Assembly: GCA_965112635.1 (NCBI GenBank)
Contig: OZ218778.1
Location: 96,001 to 160,000, forward strand
Direction: 5' to 3'
DNA: 64,000 nucleotides
Origin: an uncultured bacterium
Lineage (GTDB): Bacteria; Oederibacteriota; Oederibacteriia; Oederibacteriales; Oederibacteriaceae
Below, one piece after another: positions 18,668 through 27,047 of this stretch. The position numbers were made by a program, and so were the translations under genes. The notes beneath the pieces are model-generated. The model was not told where the DNA came from, ran no database searches, and saw nothing but the letters and a program-made list of their open reading frames with translations. The first letter of the stretch is position 1, and every line of letters starts with the position of its first letter.

Positions 18668-18996
18668 ATTCTTAAAGTTTCACCAACATACCCTTGTCAT
18701 TAGCGGGAAATAATAACCAAACGCCATAGCGTTTGGTTGGGGAGTTGAACGGGCGGAGCCTCGCAAAGCGAGGCGAGCCCCGCCTGGAGGCGAGAGCCGT
18801 TAGGCTCGAGACCGTAAGGTCAACTCCCCCCTTCCGCACCACAAAAGCCTCTGGCCATATTTCAATAATGCGTTTCCTCTCAGAGGCTTTTGCATCGGAA
18901 CAGCTTTCCGATGAAGACATTAAACCCACCAACAAACCCTTGTCATTAGCAGAACATTATGATCAAACGCGTTAGAGTTTGGTTTAGGAGTTTAAC
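18646..18996 (+). repeat. tRNA-Leu-linked repeat: 22-nt 3' end duplicated (18646-18667 / 18820-18841) plus ~70-nt degenerate flank repeat (18681-18750 / 18927-18996)
   Basis: tcaactccccccttccgcacca twice; caccaaca(t/a)acccttgtcattagc twice; aaacgc..gtttggtt..ggagtt(g/t)aac twice. Confidence 0.92.
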
Positions 18997-19016
18997 AACC
19001 TGACCCACATGATTTT

Positions 19017-22000
19017 TTAAAATCTCGCCAATCCCCCAATGGTCAACTGGAAGGCCCAATAATTACGGCCGACTGTAGTTTGATCCTGATAAATAAATTC
19101 CTGGAATTGCACTGAACCTTCGATGTTCTTGATCAAGTTGTATTGCAGAGTAGAAGAGTGCGTCCAAAGTTGTGATTTATCGTCGCTGTTAACGCCCCCG
19201 AATGAGGTATTTTCCTGCATATTGATATCCAAATGGTGGGTAAACCTGAATACCCCTGTGGGCTTAAATTTAAAGAACGCCAGGTCCATAAGACCTACAA
19301 AGGTGACATTGTGATTGAGGTCCACCGAAGGGTCTAGGCTCGTCGTGGTCGTTCCGGATTGATTGGCTATGGAGTTGGCCTGTGACATAGACCAGGTGCA
19401 ATTCGTGGAAAAATAAAAATCTTCCAGAGGCCGCCAGGGCAAAGATTCCGAAAAGGTTTGTGTAGTGGCGGTGTTGAGGAGATTATTCGAGTTATCCCTT
19501 TGTTCTGAATACTTGTAATTGTAATTTAAGCTCAACAGGTTCGGCTTTAAGATCTCCTGCCAGATTGGGAAAGGCACCTTGGAAAGCTGTGCTCCACTGC
19601 CGGCATTATAGACCAGATTATTATTAGCAAATTGGTTATTGATATCCGTGGATTGCCTTCTGGAAAGGTTAGGAGTAAAAGTCCAAACGTCGTAAAGGGG
19701 AAAATGGCTGCTGGCACTGTCTTCCGTGGCATAAGAACCATTCGTGACCAACTGCTGCAAAGGTGCAGTGAAGGGAGACCATAGGTCATTGAAAGCGGTC
19801 ACATTATCTCCAAAAAGGGCGTTGTTCAAGGTGTCTCCCCCGAGGCTGGTATTGGGCGCGCTGAGACTATAAAAAGTCTGGGTCACTGTTAATTTATGCT
19901 CGGCGGTGACTGTCCAAGGTAACTGGGGCAAGCTCATCCAGACCCCCGGCTGCATAGGGTCCACAAAATCTAAGCTGACGTTAGTATTTAAATTGTCCAG
20001 GGTGAAATCCCGGTTGTTGGAACCTGAATAATTGATCTGCGGGTCCATCCCTGGGATGAACTTAAATTCCGTATTCAGGGTCGCCCCGAGGTTGCGTTGC
20101 TGGGCCGCGAAATCAGGCCACACCAGTTCCTGAGTACTGGACTGTCCTGAAAGCCCGACGACATTATAAGTCAAGGCACCTCGGGCATCCTTGCCATAAA
20201 AACTATAGGAGGGAGACACCAACACCCCGGCCCATGGTTCATAACCTCCCCTCCAGGCGTAGGTCTGCTCAAGGATATCTGTGATGGAATCTTGATAAGT
20301 GGTAAAGAAAGGATTGTTGGGATCATAAGTATTCTTGTTTTCGGTGTATTTCACCGCCCCATTAAAAGAATTGCCCTTCCCCAAAGGTATTCCAAAGAGG
20401 CTTTGGGGAGCCGTGTAATCAATACGGGGCGCTAAACTCCATACCGTGGCGTCATTATTGATGCCAAAGTTCTGCTGCAAGTAAATTGTTTGCCTGTCCT
20501 GATAGCTGGAATCCAGATTGAAATTGAGCGGGTTGAAAAGGGTAAAACCTATCCCGCTGGTAACAAGCTGGGAATCTGTTTGAGGCAACCCCAGGAAATT
20601 CGGATTGGACTTGTATTGGTCTTCGGTAAGAACCTCGTCGTGGGAATAGTTCACGTTCACGGGCAAAAAACTGAACTGCTGGTAATTCGCATTGGTGGAA
20701 AAATCCCTCGTATGCTGCTTATTGATACCCTGCTGGGTCAGGGAAGCCTGGTCTATGAGCATAAAATCGGAGTCCACTTCCCGGTAGGTGCTGGAGGTGT
20801 TCAAAATATCGCTGTATTTGGTATTGACGGTCATCCTCCTGGCCAATCCATGCCTGACCACCACGTCGGTCACCCGAAGATTATCTATCCAGACAGTTCC
20901 AGAAGTGGGCCAGGAATTGGTGGTCATGACGCCTATGGAAACCTCCCTGATGCCGTTCAAGTAGGGAGGGCCGTTATCCCCGGCAGGCTGCACAGCGCCA
21001 CCCCGGACTTTGATCCTGTTCCCATCCGAACCATCCAAAACAACGACCATGGTCTGCCAGCTTCGAGCCATATTTGATGACAGAGGAAAGTTATATTGCA
21101 AATAGTCCGTATCGCTCGCACCCAAGCGGATAAATAAAGTTGCGGAGTTGTCGGTGACAAAATAGGGTAAAATATCCATCCGCACATCGCGGTAGGCCGA
21201 ATAGTCCTGCCCAAGATTATAATATTTCGTGGCCACAAAAAAGTTCTGGTTATTGGGTTGGGTTCCCGCCGCGGTTAGATTATAGTTGACCTTCAGGGAT
21301 TGCTCATGGATGGCGCTTGACTGGGTCGTGTCAAAAAAATTGGTGTTGGGTTGGTAACTAGGATCGAGCTGCTGGTTGATCGCGCCCACATTGAATTGGG
21401 TAGAGTCCACCACGGTCTGCATTTGGGCATTGCTGTAATTGACCAGTTGCCACTTATTTCCCGTGAATGCGATAGATTCAAAAGTGGCCTGGCACTTCGC
21501 ACCGGAGGAGTTGCCGAACCACATTCGGAAATGTTTGATAATGGTCTTGTCAGGGGTCCCGACGATACTGAACTGAGGATTGGTGGCGCCTTGAGCGTTA
21601 GGGATATATCCTGGCCCGCCGCTGAAATTCAAAGGGATCTTGATGTAATGCCATCCGCTGGGGAAGTCCAGGGGAAAGGAATATTCGTAATAAGCGTCAA
21701 TTTTATCCAGTATCCCATTGTTGTTCATGTCCCATGTGTTGAGATGGTCGTCTCCGACCCCCGCCAGAATTGTTCCTCCCAAATAATTTATAGGTAGGCC
21801 GTTATCTTCTCCTGGATTGAGGATGGTATCTTTGTTCTGATCCTCTGTCATTTCAGGCCAGGTTATAAGGGCCCCGGCCGAGCCATCGCCATTGACGTCC
21901 TCGCTGATGACACCCACATCAAGGTTGAGGGTCGTTCCCTGATTACCGCAGTTATTGACCCACATTTCAACGTATTGGTAGTTAGTAAAATCCTGGCCTG

Positions 22001-24557
22001 TGGTGGAAATAACTTGTCGCAGGCCGTCCCAAATACCTCCATTGGAAAAGTCGTAGTTCAACACAAGCTGCTTATCCGGTTGGGCTTGGGCAGAGGTATC
22101 ATGGCCCCCAGCAGTTTGATCAGTGAGCGTAGTAGTCCCTGCTGGAGATTTAGGGCTGAAAACCATGGGCACGGCTCGGTTGCCGGCGCTCAGTCCGCCT
22201 GTGGCCGGAGCACTGCTGGAAAACCAGGTGGATTTATCCATAGACAGGCTGAACACATTATCCACACTCTCCATGTTATCGATCATGGCCACCCCGGCTT
22301 CCCCATTCTGGCTATAGGTGTTCGGATTGTAGGTGCTTTGGGCGACCTCGCCCGACAGGTCCAGGTCAAGGGGAATATTCACATTGGGCATCAAGGGCAT
22401 GGCTGAAAGCGAATCGGATAGGGTCTCGCGGGGGATGCTCCACTTGGCGTCTCCATCGATGATATTCAGGTCATGAGGGGTGCTGCTGATATCCGGGGCC
22501 TGTTGGGGCGGCTGGTTGCCGTTATAAAGATAGGTCGTGCCGATCGCCAGATTGTCGGCGACCGCGTATTCTGCCCTGGCCCCGAACAAATTGCTTTGGA
22601 ATTGCCCGCCAAAGGGCTGGTACTCGTAGGTGATATTGATGGTGTTGGAGCGTCCCAGCCGGTCCTGGTCAAAAAAAGTGACCAGCCCCAGGTCGTAATC
22701 AATGGAATAGTCCACATTACTCACCCAGGTCTGGCCGTCCACCACGATCTTGTCGCTGTTCTTGATGATGTTGGTGTATTTTAGATTGAAAATATTTTTG
22801 CGGGATTTATAGACCATATGGATGGTATAAGCGGGAACCGGGCTGCTGGTGGAATAGATCCCCTGTTCCTGGGTGGTCGTGGGCGCATCATGGGAAAAAG
22901 CTTTTAGGACAGGATTGTTGCTCAGGTTTCCAAAATAGAGGATCCCAAAATCCGTGTCCATCGTAAAACTGCGTCCATCGACCAAGCCTTGCAAGGGGAT
23001 AGGCTGCTGCGTGGAATTATTCACCACCCTCATGACAAAATCCGGGTCATATTGGGGAGGAACGATTTTGCGGGCGTTCAAAGCGTACGCATTTAAAACC
23101 TGGTGGTCCAGGTCACTACTGGATTTTTGCAACAAGTTCAGTGTTCCTGTTTGGGCAGCCTCGTTCCTTCCCTGCGGTCCATTGCTGTCCACATAAGAGG
23201 CGGCAATGTAGTATGAAGCAGGAACAGGGACGAGAAAAGTGATGATACCGGTGCCATAATCAATCGTGTAATCTACCCCGGCATGCCGTAGGTTAAAATA
23301 AAAAACATTCCCGGGTTGGGATGCGTCTGGAATGGTCGTGCTGGTATGGTAATTGACGCTTTGTTCATCGGTCCAGATCTGCTCACTTCCGGGGGTTATC
23401 GGTAAAAAATTATTATTGATCACATGGATGTTGTAGTATTTCCTGCTGATAAAACTGGTATCCGGTATGTCCTGGGTGGTCTGGGTGGAATTTCCCTGGA
23501 ACTGCTCCAGGACCGTGATGCCTTTGGTTTGCGCGAAGACGACCGTGCCGCTCAATTTCTCCATGGGTCTTAGTTTGACCTGGATACCGAAAAGGCTCTT
23601 GTTATAGGCGGCAAATTCTGTATTGGGCAGGGAAAGAACGATATCTCCGAACGCGGCTTCCTGGATGACCTCGTCCTGGTCGCCTGTGTAGGTCACCTGA
23701 ATGGTCTGTTGTTGGTTGGTTGTCGCCGTATCGTCGTAATTCACGTTCACGGTTATTTTTCGGCCCACTTTGCCTTGCAGGCGGACTTGCATTTGTTGGG
23801 TCAGCCCAAACCCTTGCTGGTAACCTGGCGCGGTCACGTAAGCCGTGTCAGAATCTTTGGACAGGGTGTCTCCGTACTTGATGTTGACGGTCTTCTGCCC
23901 TTGGATGGAGAGCTTGGATTCTTGGGGTAGGTTCACCTCCACAGCGGGGATGCTCTCCACCACCGGGACAGAAGGCGGCACCGCGGTCAGCGCAGGTTTG
24001 GGAGGCAGGGCGGTCAATGCGGTTGCGGTGGGCGATATCCCGCCGGCCTGGGCGGTGCCGGTAAGCTGGCCGGGCTGGAGCGTGGCTTCGGCGGGCAACG
24101 GCGCATTGGGGAGCTCCCCGGCCAATGCCCCTGGTTCAAACAAAAAAGCCACACTCTGGCCTTGAGCCACTGCCAAATAGGGAAGCTGCTCATTAATAAA
24201 AATTTTCAATTCCTCACTGGTCCTGATATGGACCTCAAGGTCCTGTTCCGGAATGGTAGAGGGAGCTTGCTGGCTCTCTGCGATACTGATCCAGGCCTGC
24301 CTAAAGACCTCCGCGATCTGATCAAAAATGCTTACAGGACCGGTAAAAAGAACCCCTTCCTTTTTGTTGGGTGCTGAATTGTTTTGGGCTGGAAGTGATA
24401 ACGAGACGCAAAGAAGAAATAAACACAGACAAATCTTTAGGATAAAGTGAAAGATACCCGGATGCCTGACAGTCCACTTTTTTTCTTTGGTATGGGCAAG
24501 AAAACCCTGAGAATTTGCCTGCGCATGCCTGATCATATTGTCCATATCACTGCGCAC
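19017..24557 (-). CDS. sprA: SprA/Sov-like large outer-membrane protein (T9SS translocon homologue)
   Basis: SprA-like motifs QVRLQGKVGRKITVNVNYDD, YTGDQDEVIQEAAFGDIVLSLP..SLFGI, GVDYTIDYGTG, VAMIDNMES, YVEMWV, LDVGVISED; beta-strand-rich C-terminal half ending in Phe. Start uncertain. Confidence 0.75.
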   Translation of the reverse strand: MRSDMDNMIRHAQANSQGFLAHTKEKKWTVRHPGIFHFILKICLCLFLLCVSLSLPAQNNSAPNKKEGVLFTGPVSIFDQIAEVFRQAWISIAESQQAPSTIPEQDLEVHIRTSEELKIFINEQLPYLAVAQGQSVAFLFEPGALAGELPNAPLPAEATLQPGQLTGTAQAGGISPTATALTALPPKPALTAVPPSVPVVESIPAVEVNLPQESKLSIQGQKTVNIKYGDTLSKDSDTAYVTAPGYQQGFGLTQQMQVRLQGKVGRKITVNVNYDDTATTNQQQTIQVTYTGDQDEVIQEAAFGDIVLSLPNTEFAAYNKSLFGIQVKLRPMEKLSGTVVFAQTKGITVLEQFQGNSTQTTQDIPDTSFISRKYYNIHVINNNFLPITPGSEQIWTDEQSVNYHTSTTIPDASQPGNVFYFNLRHAGVDYTIDYGTGIITFLVPVPASYYIAASYVDSNGPQGRNEAAQTGTLNLLQKSSSDLDHQVLNAYALNARKIVPPQYDPDFVMRVVNNSTQQPIPLQGLVDGRSFTMDTDFGILYFGNLSNNPVLKAFSHDAPTTTQEQGIYSTSSPVPAYTIHMVYKSRKNIFNLKYTNIIKNSDKIVVDGQTWVSNVDYSIDYDLGLVTFFDQDRLGRSNTINITYEYQPFGGQFQSNLFGARAEYAVADNLAIGTTYLYNGNQPPQQAPDISSTPHDLNIIDGDAKWSIPRETLSDSLSAMPLMPNVNIPLDLDLSGEVAQSTYNPNTYSQNGEAGVAMIDNMESVDNVFSLSMDKSTWFSSSAPATGGLSAGNRAVPMVFSPKSPAGTTTLTDQTAGGHDTSAQAQPDKQLVLNYDFSNGGIWDGLRQVISTTGQDFTNYQYVEMWVNNCGNQGTTLNLDVGVISEDVNGDGSAGALITWPEMTEDQNKDTILNPGEDNGLPINYLGGTILAGVGDDHLNTWDMNNNGILDKIDAYYEYSFPLDFPSGWHYIKIPLNFSGGPGYIPNAQGATNPQFSIVGTPDKTIIKHFRMWFGNSSGAKCQATFESIAFTGNKWQLVNYSNAQMQTVVDSTQFNVGAINQQLDPSYQPNTNFFDTTQSSAIHEQSLKVNYNLTAAGTQPNNQNFFVATKYYNLGQDYSAYRDVRMDILPYFVTDNSATLFIRLGASDTDYLQYNFPLSSNMARSWQTMVVVLDGSDGNRIKVRGGAVQPAGDNGPPYLNGIREVSIGVMTTNSWPTSGTVWIDNLRVTDVVVRHGLARRMTVNTKYSDILNTSSTYREVDSDFMLIDQASLTQQGINKQHTRDFSTNANYQQFSFLPVNVNYSHDEVLTEDQYKSNPNFLGLPQTDSQLVTSGIGFTLFNPLNFNLDSSYQDRQTIYLQQNFGINNDATVWSLAPRIDYTAPQSLFGIPLGKGNSFNGAVKYTENKNTYDPNNPFFTTYQDSITDILEQTYAWRGGYEPWAGVLVSPSYSFYGKDARGALTYNVVGLSGQSSTQELVWPDFAAQQRNLGATLNTEFKFIPGMDPQINYSGSNNRDFTLDNLNTNVSLDFVDPMQPGVWMSLPQLPWTVTAEHKLTVTQTFYSLSAPNTSLGGDTLNNALFGDNVTAFNDLWSPFTAPLQQLVTNGSYATEDSASSHFPLYDVWTFTPNLSRRQSTDINNQFANNNLVYNAGSGAQLSKVPFPIWQEILKPNLLSLNYNYKYSEQRDNSNNLLNTATTQTFSESLPWRPLEDFYFSTNCTWSMSQANSIANQSGTTTTSLDPSVDLNHNVTFVGLMDLAFFKFKPTGVFRFTHHLDINMQENTSFGGVNSDDKSQLWTHSSTLQYNLIKNIEGSVQFQEFIYQDQTTVGRNYWAFQLTIGGLARF

Positions 24558-24722
24558 AAAGGCTCCCTTATTTTAGGCTCTGCCTTGAGGAGAGATGACT
24601 AGATCCAAATAGATATATTCTTTAAGAGGCAAAAGGTTTCCAAAAAAATTATACCATATGAATTAACCAAGGTTATAATAGGATTCAAAAGACCTCACTC
24701 TAAACCCAATACAGGATGAACC

Positions 24723-25847
24723 ATGAAGATTCTTTCCCGTTACATTATTAAGGAGATGGGACCCCCGTTTTTCTTGGGGTTCCTGGTTTTCACTTTTATT
24801 CTTCTTTTCAGCCAGCTTTACCAGCTGATCGACCTCATTATTAACAAAGGGGTTGGGTTCTTCACGACCTGCTGGCTTTTTTTCCTGTATCTCCCGGCCC
24901 TGCTGGCTGTCACCATTCCTCTTTCGCTGTTGGTAGCCTGCCTGCTGGCATTTGGCCGCTTGGCAGCGGACAACGAACTCATCGCGGTGCGTGCCAGTGG
25001 AGTGGGCCTGCGAAAACTCCTTATCCCGGCTCTTCTGGCCGGCTTGGTGTTGAGCCTGGTGATGGTCGAATTTAACGACACGATCCTTCCCGCGGCCAAC
25101 ATGGCCTACAAGAACCTGCTCTATGAGATCATCCAAAAACGCGCGGGCGTTCTCATCCAGGAACAAACTTTTATCACCGGTTTTGACGGCTATATCTTTT
25201 TTATTGGCAAGAAAGACAGCAAAACGGGACTTCTTCAGGACATCGTCATTTACAATATGGGGAACAACAAACAGCCTCTTTCCACGATCTTTGCCAAACA
25301 GGGTCGCGTAATCTCCGACAAGAACACGCTCAAGGTCACCATGGAACTGAACGACGGCGTGATGCACCAGTTGGGCAGACAGCAGGATCAGGGTTACTAC
25401 AACCGCCTTTTTTTCAACACCTACGTCATCAACCTGGATGTTTCAGGCATTTTGAGCAGGGCAGCGGCCTCCCGAAGCCCGCGGGAAATGAACCGCCGCG
25501 AAATCACAGCCCTGATCGACCAGGAAAAAAAGGCCGGCAAAGATATTAAATCCTTGCAGACAGAATACCAGCTTAAACTGGCCATTCCCTTCGCCTGCTT
25601 GGCGTTTTCCTTGATCGGTTCGCCCCTGGGAAGCCTGACCAGAAAAAGCGGTCGCTTTATGGGGGCAGCGGTCAGCTTGGGGCTCATCTTTATCTATTAC
25701 ATCCTCTTGTTCGGCGGTCAGATCACTGGGGAAAGGGGCATTTTGCCGGCCTGGTTTTCGATCTGGCTCCCCAACATCACTTTTAGTTTGTTGGGCTTAT
25801 TCCTGTTCCTTCGTGTCGCACAGGAAAAGCCCCTCATAAAGCTGTAA
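24723..25847 (+). CDS. lptF: LPS export ABC permease LptF
   Basis: MKILSRYIIKEM, FGRLAADNELIAVRASGV, 6 TM plus periplasmic domain. Confidence 0.9.
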   Translation: MKILSRYIIKEMGPPFFLGFLVFTFILLFSQLYQLIDLIINKGVGFFTTCWLFFLYLPALLAVTIPLSLLVACLLAFGRLAADNELIAVRASGVGLRKLLIPALLAGLVLSLVMVEFNDTILPAANMAYKNLLYEIIQKRAGVLIQEQTFITGFDGYIFFIGKKDSKTGLLQDIVIYNMGNNKQPLSTIFAKQGRVISDKNTLKVTMELNDGVMHQLGRQQDQGYYNRLFFNTYVINLDVSGILSRAAASRSPREMNRREITALIDQEKKAGKDIKSLQTEYQLKLAIPFACLAFSLIGSPLGSLTRKSGRFMGAAVSLGLIFIYYILLFGGQITGERGILPAWFSIWLPNITFSLLGLFLFLRVAQEKPLIKL

Positions 25848-25857
25848 GGAGCTTGGC

Positions 25858-26946
25858 ATGACTATCCTGCATAAATATATAGCCAGAGAATTTTTAATGC
25901 CCTTCCTTTTGACCTTGGGAAGTTTCGTGGCCATCCTCCTGATCTCCAACATCTTCGATGAAATGTCCTTGATCATGGACAATAAAGCATTTTTCTTGGA
26001 CTCCTTGTCCTATTTTATTTTAAAGATTCCCTTCCTGCTGTTGCAGATCCTCCCCCTCTGCGTGCTTCTGGCCACTCTTTTCTGCGTCGGAGGTCTGGCC
26101 AAAACCTACGAGATCACCGCCATGCGCACCAGCGGAGCCACGATCGGCTATCTCATGAAACCCGTACTGCTGGTCGCCTTGGCCATCAGCATCCTGTCCT
26201 TCCTTTTTAGTGAAGGGGTCGTCCCTTATGCCAACCGTATGGCCCAACAGATCAAAAGAGTGAAGATCGAACATTCCCCCTTTCCCACTCATCAAGTCAG
26301 GGAGAACGTGCCTTATATCGGCACTCAGGGCCATATCTATTACATCAAAACCTATGACGAAGAATTAAAAACGATGCATAACGTGACGCTATTTGAATAC
26401 ACCAACAACTATGTTCAAAAACGTGTGGATGCCGAACAGGCCGTTTTTCAGGATAATGTGTGGAACTTCTACAACGGGACGCTCAGAAAGTTCCTCAAAA
26501 CACCTCGCGCAGAACGCGAAATGGTCTCCTCTTTTAAGCATCTGGTCCTGCCTTTGGATGAAAAACCTTCAGATTTCCATGTCGAAAAGGTCGACACCAT
26601 GACCATGAGCAGCCGCGAGCTCTACGATTACATCCAGCAATTGAAGAAAAAAGGGGTCAATTACACCGAGCAGTTAGTGGAATATCACCTGAAATTCTCT
26701 TTTCCCTGCGCCAACTTTATCATGGCCCTGTTGGCGGCCCCCTTTGCCACAAGGATCAGGCGCACCAGCGACACCGTGCTGGGATTTTGCATCTGCCTTT
26801 TGGTCGCATTTATCTATGTGGGCTTTATCCAGGTAGGTCGCGCCCTGGGTGGAGGCGGCCTGCTTTCGCCTTTTTGGTCTGTTTGGATCGCCAATCTTGT
26901 GTTCGCGGTCCTGGGCTTCTGGGGAATTTATAAGGCCAATCGTTAA
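25858..26946 (+). CDS. lptG: LPS export ABC permease LptG
   Basis: ILHKYIAREF, EITAMRTSG; paired with lptF. Confidence 0.9.
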   Translation: MTILHKYIAREFLMPFLLTLGSFVAILLISNIFDEMSLIMDNKAFFLDSLSYFILKIPFLLLQILPLCVLLATLFCVGGLAKTYEITAMRTSGATIGYLMKPVLLVALAISILSFLFSEGVVPYANRMAQQIKRVKIEHSPFPTHQVRENVPYIGTQGHIYYIKTYDEELKTMHNVTLFEYTNNYVQKRVDAEQAVFQDNVWNFYNGTLRKFLKTPRAEREMVSSFKHLVLPLDEKPSDFHVEKVDTMTMSSRELYDYIQQLKKKGVNYTEQLVEYHLKFSFPCANFIMALLAAPFATRIRRTSDTVLGFCICLLVAFIYVGFIQVGRALGGGGLLSPFWSVWIANLVFAVLGFWGIYKANR

Positions 26947-27047
26947 ACCGTCCACAAAGATGATATTTTGGATGGGGGAAAACGAATTTCTGATATAATG
27001 TCGTTCTATATCCAGACAAAAATTCTAAGAAAGGCGATTTAAAGAAC

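Noticed and set aside
18672-18975. Two short ORFs downstream of tRNA-Leu
   Set aside because: They overlap the structured repeat on both strands and have no RBS or motifs.
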